DNA from: Candidatus Latescibacterota bacterium
Lineage (GTDB): Bacteria; Latescibacterota; UBA2968; UBA8231
Length of the DNA: 64,000 nucleotides
Reading direction: 5' to 3'
NCBI GenBank assembly: GCA_965221775.1
Contig: CBDCSU010000005.1
Location: forward strand, 768,001 to 832,000
The stretch's first letter is position 1, and every line of letters starts with the position of its first letter. This document shows positions 38,380 through 46,627 of the stretch, one piece after another. The notes under the pieces were generated by a model. That model searched no databases. It was not told where the DNA came from and saw only the letters and a list, made by a program, of their open reading frames with translations. The position numbers and the translations under genes were made by a program.

Positions 38380-38781
38380 ATGAGCGACAGGATAGACAGG
38401 ACCGACGAGGAGTGGCGGCAGCTGCTGACGGACGAGCAGTACGCCATCCTGCGGCAGAAAGGCACGGAGCGGCCCTTCACCGGCCAGTACTGCGACTACA
38501 AGGGCCGGGGCACCTACGTCTGCGCCGGCTGCCGGGCGCAGCTCTTCGCCTCCGACACCAAGTTCGACTCCGGCAGCGGCTGGCCCAGCTTCACCGCGCC
38601 CCGCACCGAGGAGGGCGTGGATCTGGAGGCCGACCACAGCCACGGCATGACCCGCACCGAGGTCCTGTGCGCGCGCTGCGGCGGCCACCTCGGGCACGTC
38701 TTCCCCGACGGCCCGGCGCCCACGGGGCTGCGCTACTGCATCAACTCGGCGGCCCTCGACTTCGAGGGGGAGGAAGGCTGA
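38380..38781 (+). CDS. msrB: Peptide methionine-(R)-sulfoxide reductase
   Basis: [39 protein letters not shown] and RYCINS. Confidence 0.96.
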   Translation: MSDRIDRTDEEWRQLLTDEQYAILRQKGTERPFTGQYCDYKGRGTYVCAGCRAQLFASDTKFDSGSGWPSFTAPRTEEGVDLEADHSHGMTRTEVLCARCGGHLGHVFPDGPAPTGLRYCINSAALDFEGEEG

Positions 38782-39521
38782 TGGCCGTCGGCGACTTCGA
38801 AGCCTACATGCCGCAGGAGTTCGACGGCGCTCCCTACGGGCGCGACGGGATACTGCGCACCATGGACGAGGCGGGGATCGACTTCTCCGTCGTCTTCCCG
38901 GGCGGCCTGCCGCCGGACCCGCGCGCGATCAACGCGGAGCTGCTCACCGCCCTGAAGGGCCAGGACCGCCTCCTGCCCGGCTGCCTGATCAACCCGACCC
39001 TGGGGCCGCTGGCTGTGGACGAGCTGCGCCGCTGCGTCGACGCCGGCGCCCGCTCGATGAAGCTCATGGCCGCCGCCCACGGGTACCGCCTCGACGGCCC
39101 GGCGCCCGACGCGGTGATGGCCGTCGCCGCCGAGATCGGCCTGCCCGTGACCATCCATTCCGGCTCCGAGGTCTCGGGCTGCTCGCCGGCCTACATCGGC
39201 ACCCTGGCGGCGCGCCATCCGGAGGTGACGATCATCATGGACCACATGGGCTACCGCGAGTGGGTGGGCCTGGCGGTTCAGGCCGCCGCCGCCAACCCCC
39301 GCATCTTCCTGGGCACCACCCTGATCGCCGCGGCCGAGCCGATCACCATCAAGAACATCATCCAGGAGGGCCGGGTGGGCGCCGGCCGCATCGTCTTCGG
39401 CAGCAACGCCCCCAGCGGCGCGGCGGTCAACGGCGTGCGCGGAATCCGCGGCCTCGGTCTCGTCGCCGCGGACGAGGCGGCCGTCCTCGGGGGCAATCTG
39501 GCGTCGATCTACGGGGTCTGA
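38781..39521 (+). CDS. Amidohydrolase_2-family protein
   Basis: MDEAGID, PVTIHSG, IIMDHMG and IVFGSNAP. TGATG overlap with msrB. Confidence 0.82.
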   Translation: MAVGDFEAYMPQEFDGAPYGRDGILRTMDEAGIDFSVVFPGGLPPDPRAINAELLTALKGQDRLLPGCLINPTLGPLAVDELRRCVDAGARSMKLMAAAHGYRLDGPAPDAVMAVAAEIGLPVTIHSGSEVSGCSPAYIGTLAARHPEVTIIMDHMGYREWVGLAVQAAAANPRIFLGTTLIAAAEPITIKNIIQEGRVGAGRIVFGSNAPSGAAVNGVRGIRGLGLVAADEAAVLGGNLASIYGV

Positions 39522-39551
39522 GGGGGGACGGACCCTCTTCCGGGGCATCCG

Positions 39552-39598
39552 TCATACCTTGTAAATTGTTGGTCTGACCTCCATATTACAAGGTATGA
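39552..39598. promoter_or_regulatory. Palindrome 1 (13-bp arms) overlapping the ATPase start codon
   Basis: TCATACCTTGTAA (39552-64) and TTACAAGGTATGA (39586-98) are exact complements. The centre is GGTC-T-GACC and the island is AT-rich. Confidence 0.75.
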
Positions 39599-40773
39599 AA
39601 TTCGTCGACAGAGCCCTGGGCCGGCGTTTCCTCCGGCTCCTGCGGACCTTCCCCTGCGTCCTCGTCACCGGGCCCCGGCAGTGCGGCAAGAGCACCTTCG
39701 TGCGTCACATGCTGCCGCGCTGGCGGCACCTCGACCTGGAGCGGCCCGCCGATCAGCTGCTCCTCGAGTCCGACCTGGAGGGCTTCTTCGACGCCCACCC
39801 GCGGCAGGTCGTGATCGACGAGGCCCAACGCCTGCCCGACCTCTTCCCCCTCCTGCGGCACGTCGTCGACCGCGAGCCGAAGAAGGGCCGCTTCGTGCTC
39901 CTGGGATCGGCCAGCCCGCAGCTCACGCGCCGCGTCTCGGAAACCCTCGCCGGCCGCATCGGCCTGCTGGAGCTCACCCCTTTCCGGGCCCGGGAGCTGG
40001 CCGCCGGGCGCCACGCCCGGCACCGCTGGTTCTTCGGCGGCTATCCGCCGGTCCACGGCCTTCAGAGCTTCGCCGCGCGCATGGACTGGCTCGACGGCTA
40101 CGTCACCACCTTCCTCGAGCGGGACCTTCCGGCCATGGGGCTGGCCCTTCCCGCGCCGCGGCTGCGCCGCCTCTGGACGATGCTGACCCACGTCCACGGA
40201 AGCCTGCTCAACGTCTCCGACCTGGCCCGCTCCCTGACCGCCTCCACCCACACGGTCAACCACTACCTCGACGTGCTCGAAGGGGCCTTCCTCATCCGCC
40301 GTCTGGCGCCGCTCCACGCCAACTTGCAGAAGCGGCTGACCCGGAGCCCCAAGCTCTACATCCGGGACACGGGGCTGCTGCACTTCCTCGCCGGCCTGCG
40401 GCGGCCCCCGGACCTGGAGACCTGGCCGAAGCGGGGACACTCCTTCGAGGGACTGGTCATCGAGGAGATCGCCGCCCTCGCCGCCCAGCACCAGGCGAGG
40501 CCCGAAGTCTGCTTCTGGCGCACCCAGGCTGGCGCCGAGGTCGACCTGGTGCTCCACCACCGGGGGCGGCCCATCCCGGTGGAGGTCAAGCTCGGGGCGG
40601 CCGTCGACCACTACGCGGTGGCGGGCCTGCGCCAGTTCATGAAGGACTTCGATGCGCCGCGAGGGTGGGTCGTGGCGCGAACCCCCGAGCGGCGGCGGCT
40701 GGGCCGCGACGTGGAGATCGTCCCCTGGGAGGAGGTGGCCGCCGGCAACGAGGAGTTCGGTCTGGCGGACTAG
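39595..40773 (+). CDS. AAA+ ATPase (AAA_14) with wHTH and DUF4143 PD-(D/E)xK-like domain
   Basis: TGPRQCGKST, IDEAQRLPDLF, LLGSAS, SETLAGR, GGYP, NVSDLARSL, KRLTRSPKLYIRDTGLL and AEVDLV..PVEVK. Confidence 0.92.
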   Translation: MKFVDRALGRRFLRLLRTFPCVLVTGPRQCGKSTFVRHMLPRWRHLDLERPADQLLLESDLEGFFDAHPRQVVIDEAQRLPDLFPLLRHVVDREPKKGRFVLLGSASPQLTRRVSETLAGRIGLLELTPFRARELAAGRHARHRWFFGGYPPVHGLQSFAARMDWLDGYVTTFLERDLPAMGLALPAPRLRRLWTMLTHVHGSLLNVSDLARSLTASTHTVNHYLDVLEGAFLIRRLAPLHANLQKRLTRSPKLYIRDTGLLHFLAGLRRPPDLETWPKRGHSFEGLVIEEIAALAAQHQARPEVCFWRTQAGAEVDLVLHHRGRPIPVEVKLGAAVDHYAVAGLRQFMKDFDAPRGWVVARTPERRRLGRDVEIVPWEEVAAGNEEFGLAD

Positions 40774-40788
40774 GGCGACGTGGGAACA

Positions 40789-40829
40789 ACCCTGCAAATC
40801 GGAGGTCCGACTTCCAAATTGCAGGGTAT
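40789..40829. promoter_or_regulatory. Palindrome 2, homolog of palindrome 1
   Basis: ACCCTGCAA...TTGCAGGGT; 31/41 identical to 39556-39596 by hand alignment. Confidence 0.72.
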
Positions 40830-40854
40830 CGCACACCTGAATGGAGCAGGCTGA

Positions 40855-41457
40855 ATGGCGATCCAACGGAACGAAGTCGACCCGGGCAGATTCAACGAAG
40901 AGGCGGATCTGCCCTATGAGTTGCGGCTCAGGGACTTCGAGATGGCGATGCAGGATGTGTACGATTTCTTCTACGACGTCAACTCACATCTCGCGGCCAA
41001 GGGACTGCAGCGCCTCGACGACATGCTTCGTCCAGCGATCATGTCGGGGGTCCTCTCGGACATGACTACCGCCAGTCTCGCGAAGCACTCGAGGACCTTG
41101 ACCGAGAACCAGTACTTCAACGGTCATCCTGACCTGGTCGTTCAGGGGAGGTATCGGGACAATGCCGTCAAGGCGGGCGAGGACGGCATCGAGATCAAGA
41201 CCACCCGGAAGGCGGGTGGCGCAGTGGACACCCACGGGGCCCGCGAGCAGTGGATGTGTGTCTTCGTCTATGAGGTTGACACGGAGAAGCAGCCTGCCGT
41301 CGACCGAGCGCCGATGTCCTTCAAGGAGGTCTACTTGAGTCACGTTCTCACTACGGACTTCCGCAGGAATCCTCGTAGTGAGCTTGGCACAAGGACCGCT
41401 ACCCTGGACAGAGATGGCGTGAAGAAGCTGCGCGCCAACTGGATCTACAGGCTTTAG
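40855..41457 (+). CDS. Putative Type II restriction endonuclease
   Basis: 200 aa with HPDL...GIEIK (PD-(D/E)xK). It is convergent with a DNA MTase, overlaps it by 4 nt, and has atypical codon usage. Confidence 0.7.
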   Translation: MAIQRNEVDPGRFNEEADLPYELRLRDFEMAMQDVYDFFYDVNSHLAAKGLQRLDDMLRPAIMSGVLSDMTTASLAKHSRTLTENQYFNGHPDLVVQGRYRDNAVKAGEDGIEIKTTRKAGGAVDTHGAREQWMCVFVYEVDTEKQPAVDRAPMSFKEVYLSHVLTTDFRRNPRSELGTRTATLDRDGVKKLRANWIYRL

Positions 41458-42590
41458 GAGCGGTCCTTCGGTTCGAAGTCGCGAAGTGCTGGAATCGCCC
41501 GTGCGGCCAGGTCGAAGTAGTGGGAATCCTTCTCGATACCGATGCTGCCGTATCCGATCGCTTCGGCTGCTGCAAGGGTTGAACCCGAGCCGGCGAAGGG
41601 ATCCAGCACGATACCCTCCCCCAGCGGCAGGACTCCGCGGACCACTTGCCGGAGGAAGGCCTGTGGCTTCAGGCTCGGATGGGGTGCGAGGTCTCTCTCC
41701 GCCTTGCGTGTCGGAGCCGACTTGATCACATCGCCGAAGGGTCTGTCCTCGGACGGGCGTCGGAAACCGCCGGTCTTCCACTTCCGGAGATTGTCCTGCA
41801 CCCGCCCCTCGACAGGCTTCCTGAAGGCAATCCAGGGCTCCCACATGGAACGGGGCATGACGCTCACATCGGGGAACTTCTCATGGGCGGCCTTGGGCCT
41901 GTCACCACCTCGCATGGTCATGACCAACCTCGTGATACTTCCCCGGCACTCCAGACCGGCGTCCTCAAGGGCAGTTGCCAGGATGTGGAAGAGGAGAGGG
42001 TTGGAGGCGACGATCACGTTGGCACCCGGCACGAGCTTGGGCAGCAGAAGCGTGCCCCACAGCGAAAAGAACCGCCCCAGCTGGCCCCGTTGCTGTTCGG
42101 TCAACGTCGTGAACCGCGGCAAGGGGGATCGGGTATGACCATCGAATGACGGCGGGATCCTCCACACGCCGCCCCTGCCGTTCCGCATCTTCAACTGTTG
42201 TTGCGGCGTGTACTCATGCAGTCCATAGGGTGGGTCCGTGACGACGGCGTGGATGCTGGTGTTCTCCCGCTCCTCGAGCCAGGAGAAGCAGTCGGCATGG
42301 ATCAGGGTGGATCGACCGAGGACGAATGGCTGCCGCCTCGACTCGACCTCCAACTCCAGGTTGGGCTGAAGGTCCGCGAGGACTTCGGGCCTGACCCGGT
42401 AGACACCTCGTTGCTCACGGAGGAAAGTCGCGGGCGTGTTCAGCCGCAGGTACGACCTTACCGATGACCTCGGGGTGGGGCCGATGGCCTGCGCTACCCT
42501 CTCTTCTATCTGGCGGACCGGCAACCCGTCGGGCGTGCCGGCGAGAATCTGCAGGATCGCGTCGCGTACTTGCCCGGGCGCATATCTCAT
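41454..42590 (-). CDS. Beta-class N4-C/N6-A DNA methyltransferase with N-terminal wHTH-like domain
   Basis: VVTDPPY precedes HPSLKP and VLDPFAGSGST. About 70-aa N-terminal extension (VRDAILQIL..PRSSVRSYLRLN..RGVY). Confidence 0.92.
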   Translation of the reverse strand: MRYAPGQVRDAILQILAGTPDGLPVRQIEERVAQAIGPTPRSSVRSYLRLNTPATFLREQRGVYRVRPEVLADLQPNLELEVESRRQPFVLGRSTLIHADCFSWLEERENTSIHAVVTDPPYGLHEYTPQQQLKMRNGRGGVWRIPPSFDGHTRSPLPRFTTLTEQQRGQLGRFFSLWGTLLLPKLVPGANVIVASNPLLFHILATALEDAGLECRGSITRLVMTMRGGDRPKAAHEKFPDVSVMPRSMWEPWIAFRKPVEGRVQDNLRKWKTGGFRRPSEDRPFGDVIKSAPTRKAERDLAPHPSLKPQAFLRQVVRGVLPLGEGIVLDPFAGSGSTLAAAEAIGYGSIGIEKDSHYFDLAARAIPALRDFEPKDRS

Positions 42591-42618
42591 GGTCTGAGCC
42601 TCCTGAGGACCTGCTCCG

Positions 42619-42648
42619 ACCTTAGACAGCGCGGACGTCCCATGTCAA
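42619..42648 (-). promoter_or_regulatory. Sigma70-like promoter of the MTase gene
   Basis: TTGACA-N18-TAAGGT on the minus strand, followed by CAGGAGG RBS. The spacer contains GGACGTCC. Confidence 0.55.
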
Positions 42649-42677
42649 TGTTTGCCAGGGAAAAGACGTCTTTCCGA

Positions 42678-43571
42678 CTAGCCCTCCAGGCCCAGGCCGA
42701 TGAGGCGGTCGGCGTTGCGCCACAGGATCTTCTCGAGGATCTCCGTGCTCAGGTGGCCGTCGTCGCGCGCCTGGGTGAGCCACTCGATCTGCTGAAAGTC
42801 CAGCTCCACGTCGGTGTGGTCGAGGCCGAGGAGGAGACGGTCCTGGAACTCGTCGAGGAACTCCCAGGTGAATGCGGGGTCCCGGGTGATGGCGTTGAAC
42901 CCCGAGCCGGCGGACAGGTCGCCGTTGAGGTTGGGGTACTCCCGCAACAGCCGGACCACGGTGCCGCCGGGGGCCACCGGCCCGCCGGGGTAACCCTCCT
43001 TCTGATCGGCGGTGACGTCGCCGCTGATCTCGCTCCAGAAGGAGGCGCTGTGGCCGAAGAAGACGAGACCCGGGTAGGTGCGCAGGACCAGCTCGAAGCG
43101 GGGCAGGCCCAGGGTGTCGATGACGCCGTAGGTCACCTTCTCCGGCGGCGATGTGTGGAAGGTCACGGGAAAGCCGACCTTCTCGCAGGCGGCGAAGAGG
43201 GCCATCATCTTCGGGTGGTCGAACCACAGGCGCGTGGTCAGCTCGCCGAGGCCCTTGAAGCCGGCTTCCTTGTACTGCTCCAGCCCCCACTGGAAGTGGT
43301 CGGGGGTGGTCCAGTCGTGGCGGCGCGGGTCGATCTCGCAGAAGGGGATGAAGCGGCCGGGAAAGCGCTCGCAGATCGACAGCACCTCGCCCATGCTCTG
43401 GCGCTCGGCAGGCCCCTCGGCGCCGTTGAGGGGGAGGATGACGGCCATGTCGATCCCCTTTTCGTCCATGCGCCGCACCTGCTCCTCGGCGGTCATGAAG
43501 CGCAGGGTGTTGGTACGGCTCTTCGTCAGGACGGGGCGGGCGAAGACGTGGGCGTGGACATCGATGATCAT
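42678..43571 (-). CDS. Amidohydrolase_2-family protein
   Basis: MIIDVHAH, GFKGLGE, PVTFH, FFGHS, DLSAGSG and RLLLGLD. Confidence 0.88.
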   Translation of the reverse strand: MIIDVHAHVFARPVLTKSRTNTLRFMTAEEQVRRMDEKGIDMAVILPLNGAEGPAERQSMGEVLSICERFPGRFIPFCEIDPRRHDWTTPDHFQWGLEQYKEAGFKGLGELTTRLWFDHPKMMALFAACEKVGFPVTFHTSPPEKVTYGVIDTLGLPRFELVLRTYPGLVFFGHSASFWSEISGDVTADQKEGYPGGPVAPGGTVVRLLREYPNLNGDLSAGSGFNAITRDPAFTWEFLDEFQDRLLLGLDHTDVELDFQQIEWLTQARDDGHLSTEILEKILWRNADRLIGLGLEG

Positions 43572-43596
43572 GGAGGACTCCCGAGAGGTGGATGAG

Positions 43597-44193
43597 ATGG
43601 AAGGAACGCTCGAAGACGGAGGAAGGCGGCGCAAGTCGGCGGAGAGCGCGGGCGCCGCGGCCAACCGCTACCAGGAACGATTCGGCGAGCCGAGCGAGCG
43701 CGCCCGCCTCAAGGTGGCCGACCGCATGGACCCGTACGTGCAGGAGTTCGTGCGCCACGCGCCCTTCGCGGTCCTGGCCACGGCCGACGGCGACGGCCGC
43801 TGCGACGCCAGTCCCCGGGGCGGGCGCCCCGGCTTCGTCAAGGTCCTCGACGACCGCCGCCTGCTGCTGCCCGACGTGCGCGGCAACAAGCTCTTCCAGA
43901 GCTACGAGAACCTCGACGCCAACCCCAACGTGGGCCTCGTCTTCTTCATCCCCGGCGTCGACTACACGGCGCGCGTCAACGGCCGCGCCCGCGTCGTCGA
44001 CCGGGAGGATCTCGAGGCGAGGGGCCTCTCGATGGAGATCTTCAACCCCGACGACGAGGCCGCCCTGCTCCAGGGGCTGCTGATCGAGGTGGAGGAGTCC
44101 TACCCCCACTGCCCGCGGGCGCTGAAGTTCTCGCGCCTGTGGGACGAGGGGGTCATCGCCGGCAACCGCCAGGACCCGCCCGTCACACGCTGA
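43597..44193 (+). CDS. Pyridoxamine 5'-phosphate oxidase-like FMN-binding protein (MSMEG_1061-type)
   Basis: CDASPRGG.PGFV, LPDVRGNKL, NPNVGLVFFIPG, RVNGRA and YPHCPRAL. Confidence 0.88.
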   Translation: MEGTLEDGGRRRKSAESAGAAANRYQERFGEPSERARLKVADRMDPYVQEFVRHAPFAVLATADGDGRCDASPRGGRPGFVKVLDDRRLLLPDVRGNKLFQSYENLDANPNVGLVFFIPGVDYTARVNGRARVVDREDLEARGLSMEIFNPDDEAALLQGLLIEVEESYPHCPRALKFSRLWDEGVIAGNRQDPPVTR

Positions 44194-44197
44194 CAGC
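44176..44197 (+). repeat. 22-bp direct repeat, left copy
   Basis: CCGCCCGTCACACGCTGACAGC, containing the last codons and TGA of the PNPOx-like gene. Confidence 0.9.
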
Positions 44198-44262
44198 TGC
44201 TCTCTCGGCAGGGCAAGGACCCGCTGCTCGACCTCGAGCAGGTCGCCCCCGGCGCGGGCAGA

Positions 44263-44694
44263 TCAGTGCTCGATCCGAACCAGTGTCCTGGGGCCCCCCG
44301 GGACTCGTGAGGGATCGATGCGGGAATCGAGAGTTGCGAATCCGCCGCCGCGATGAACGGCCAGGGCAAGCAGGTAGATGTCGGTGAGCTGCTTCGAGGT
44401 GATGCCCTGCAGTGAAGGCAGTGTGCGACCGTCGGCCACGGAAATGCTGTCCTCCCAGAACAGGTGCCCCGGGACCGAGCGCAGGCGCTGGAGCAGAGGC
44501 CGGACCTCTTCCGGCGACCCGGGCCCTCCCGGGTACCCGGGGTGACCCATGGCCCGCAGCAGTCCGTTCTCGGTCAGTGGGCAGGTTGCCCAACCTTCCG
44601 CCCTGTGGGCGCGGAACCATTGCGCTGCCGCCCGATGGTGGACGTGATCGGCGTCGCAGAGCGCGACGAGGAGATTCACGTCCAGCAGGTTCAT
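44263..44694 (-). CDS. vapC: VapC-family PIN toxin
   Basis: LLDVNLLVAL, TCPLTENGLLR, QLTDIYLLALA and FATLD. Confidence 0.92.
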   Translation of the reverse strand: MNLLDVNLLVALCDADHVHHRAAAQWFRAHRAEGWATCPLTENGLLRAMGHPGYPGGPGSPEEVRPLLQRLRSVPGHLFWEDSISVADGRTLPSLQGITSKQLTDIYLLALAVHRGGGFATLDSRIDPSRVPGGPRTLVRIEH

Positions 44695-44930
44695 TCGGCC
44701 TCCTCGTCAAGCAGCCTTGCAACGATGTCGGCGGTAACGCGGGCACCCCGGGCAGGCAGGTGCGGCAAACCGTCATCGTCCACCTCGAAGAGCGCGGGCG
44801 TTGAAGCGCCGTCGTGCACCTCGCGTTCGAGAGCGTGTGTGATGATGGCTCTCAGAGTGGTGCCGCGGCGGACCGCCATGGCTTTGGCCGCCCGCAGGAG
44901 AGCATCGGGAAGCTCGATGGTCGTCTTCAT
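44691..44930 (-). CDS. vapB: RHH/CopG-type antitoxin
   Basis: MKTTIELPDALLRAAK..GTTLRAIITHAL, 79 aa, ATGA overlap with vapC. Confidence 0.88.
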   Translation of the reverse strand: MKTTIELPDALLRAAKAMAVRRGTTLRAIITHALEREVHDGASTPALFEVDDDGLPHLPARGARVTADIVARLLDEEAE

Positions 44931-44965
44931 ATGGGTGAGGATATGGTTTTATGGGTCAAGGTCAA
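44930..44965 (-). promoter_or_regulatory. Likely leaderless vapBC promoter/operator
   Basis: TTGACC-N16-TATCCT ends about 7 nt before the ATG. Three TATGG(G/T)T repeats at 44930, 44942 and 44950. Confidence 0.55.
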
Positions 44966-44966
44966 G

Positions 44967-44988
44967 CCGCCCGTCACACGCTGACAGC
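44967..44988 (+). repeat. 22-bp direct repeat, right copy
   Basis: Identical to 44176-44197. Confidence 0.9.
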
Positions 44989-45008
44989 GGTTTGCAGCAG
45001 CAGTTTCC

Positions 45009-45749
45009 TCAGGTCAGATGCGCGTCCGCGGAGCGCGGCGCGTCCAGGCCCCGGTCCATGCGCAGCAGCTGCTTCTGGCGTTCGCTCAGCCGCCCCAGCC
45101 ACTCGGGCGGGAAGCCGTCGTGGGGGTCGACCTGGAAGACCAGCATGCGCTTGCGGTAGTGGCCGAAGAGGGCGTGGCGGTTGCGGCCGCCGCGGTTGGC
45201 GCCGCCGCCGTGCCAGGTCTGGCCGTTGAAGACGAGGACGCTGCCGGCGGGGGCCACGGCGGTGACCACGTGCTTCAGCTCCAGCCCCGGCGGCGGCTCC
45301 GCGAGGCCGCTGCGGTGGGTCCCCGGGATCACCCGCGTGGCGCCGATCTCCCCGGTGAAGTCGTCGAGCATCCACACCGTGTTCAGCATGACCGGCCCGC
45401 GCGGGTTGAGCATGTCGTCGGGGATGTCGCTGTGGAGGCCCTGCTCGCCGTCCCCGGGACGCACGATGCGGGCGTTGAGGCTGCCGAGGACCAAACCGGG
45501 GCCGAGGAAGTGCTCGAGGACGGGCAGGGTCCGGGGATGGTCGATGGCCGCCCAGAACACGGGGTCCAGGGTGGGCAGGTTGGCCACGTGCCGGGCCGCG
45601 CCCCGGTGGCGGTGGTCGGTGCCGACTTCCCGCTCGCAGCGGATGAGGGCCCGCCGCATCTCCGCCGTCTCCGCGGGCGTGAGCACCGACTCGAGGATGG
45701 TGAAGCCGTAGACGTCGATCTCCTGCACCGCCTTCTCGACCTCGGTCAC
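45009..45749 (-). CDS. Phytanoyl-CoA dioxygenase (PhyH)-family enzyme
   Basis: YGFTILESVL, QGLHSD, WMLDDFT..GATRVIPGTH and TWHGGGAN. Confidence 0.9.
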   Translation of the reverse strand: MTEVEKAVQEIDVYGFTILESVLTPAETAEMRRALIRCEREVGTDHRHRGAARHVANLPTLDPVFWAAIDHPRTLPVLEHFLGPGLVLGSLNARIVRPGDGEQGLHSDIPDDMLNPRGPVMLNTVWMLDDFTGEIGATRVIPGTHRSGLAEPPPGLELKHVVTAVAPAGSVLVFNGQTWHGGGANRGGRNRHALFGHYRKRMLVFQVDPHDGFPPEWLGRLSERQKQLLRMDRGLDAPRSADAHLT

Positions 45750-46627
45750 GCCCCTCCTCCCTTGCCCAGGGTCCGCGCCATGGCGCGGATGTGGTCGGGG
45801 CCGGCGCCGCAGCAGGCGCCGACGTAGCGGATCCCGGCCGCCGCGGCGCGTCCGGCGAAGCGGGCGAAGGTCTCGGGTCCGGCCGCCCCGGGCGACGTCC
45901 ACCAGGAGTGCCACGCCGAAGGCTGGCAGCAGACGGGCACGTCGACGGCGGCCAGCATCTGCTTCGCGCACTCCATCTGCCGGTCCGGCGGCCACAGGCA
46001 GTTGACGCCGACCACGTGGGCGCCGGCGTCGGCCAGGCGGCGGGCGCACTCGGCCGGGTCGGCGCCGTCGCGGGTGAGCCGGCCCTCGTCGGCGAAGCTC
46101 ATGGTGACGACGAGGGTGTGCCCCGTCCGCCGAGCCACCTCCAGGGCCACGAGGGCCTCGTCGAGCCACTCGAAGGTCTCCAGGACCAGGAAGTCCACCC
46201 CCTCGCCGCAGATCCAGGGGAGCTGCTCCTCCAGCCAGTCGCGGGTGCGCCGGCGCATCGACTCGTCGGTGGGGTCGTAGTCGCCCTCGACGATGCTGGG
46301 GCTGTTGAGGTTGCCGGCCACCAGGGCGCCGTCGCCGGCGGCCTCGCGGGCGATGCGGCAGGCGCTGCGGTTGATCTCCTCGGCGCAATCGCCGAAGCCG
46401 GCGCGGGCGAGCATGTTGGTGGTGCCGAAGAAGGTCAGGGTCTGCAGGACCTCGGCGCCGGCCTCGCGGAACTCGGCGGTGAGCCGGCGCACCTCCTCCG
46501 GATGGGTGGCCACCACCTCCGGGGTCATGGAGCCGGCCTGCAGGAACCCGCGCAGGCGCAGGGCCATCAGGTAGCCGCCGTCGCCGAGAACGGGCCCCTC
46601 CTCGAGGCGCTGGAGCAGGTCCTTCAA
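45746..46627 (-). CDS. Homocysteine S-methyltransferase-family protein (stand-alone, BHMT-like)
   Basis: LGDGGY, EFREAGAEVLQT, LVLETF, VGVNC and YVGACCG. TTGA overlap. Confidence 0.88.
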   Translation of the reverse strand: MKDLLQRLEEGPVLGDGGYLMALRLRGFLQAGSMTPEVVATHPEEVRRLTAEFREAGAEVLQTLTFFGTTNMLARAGFGDCAEEINRSACRIAREAAGDGALVAGNLNSPSIVEGDYDPTDESMRRRTRDWLEEQLPWICGEGVDFLVLETFEWLDEALVALEVARRTGHTLVVTMSFADEGRLTRDGADPAECARRLADAGAHVVGVNCLWPPDRQMECAKQMLAAVDVPVCCQPSAWHSWWTSPGAAGPETFARFAGRAAAAGIRYVGACCGAGPDHIRAMARTLGKGGGA

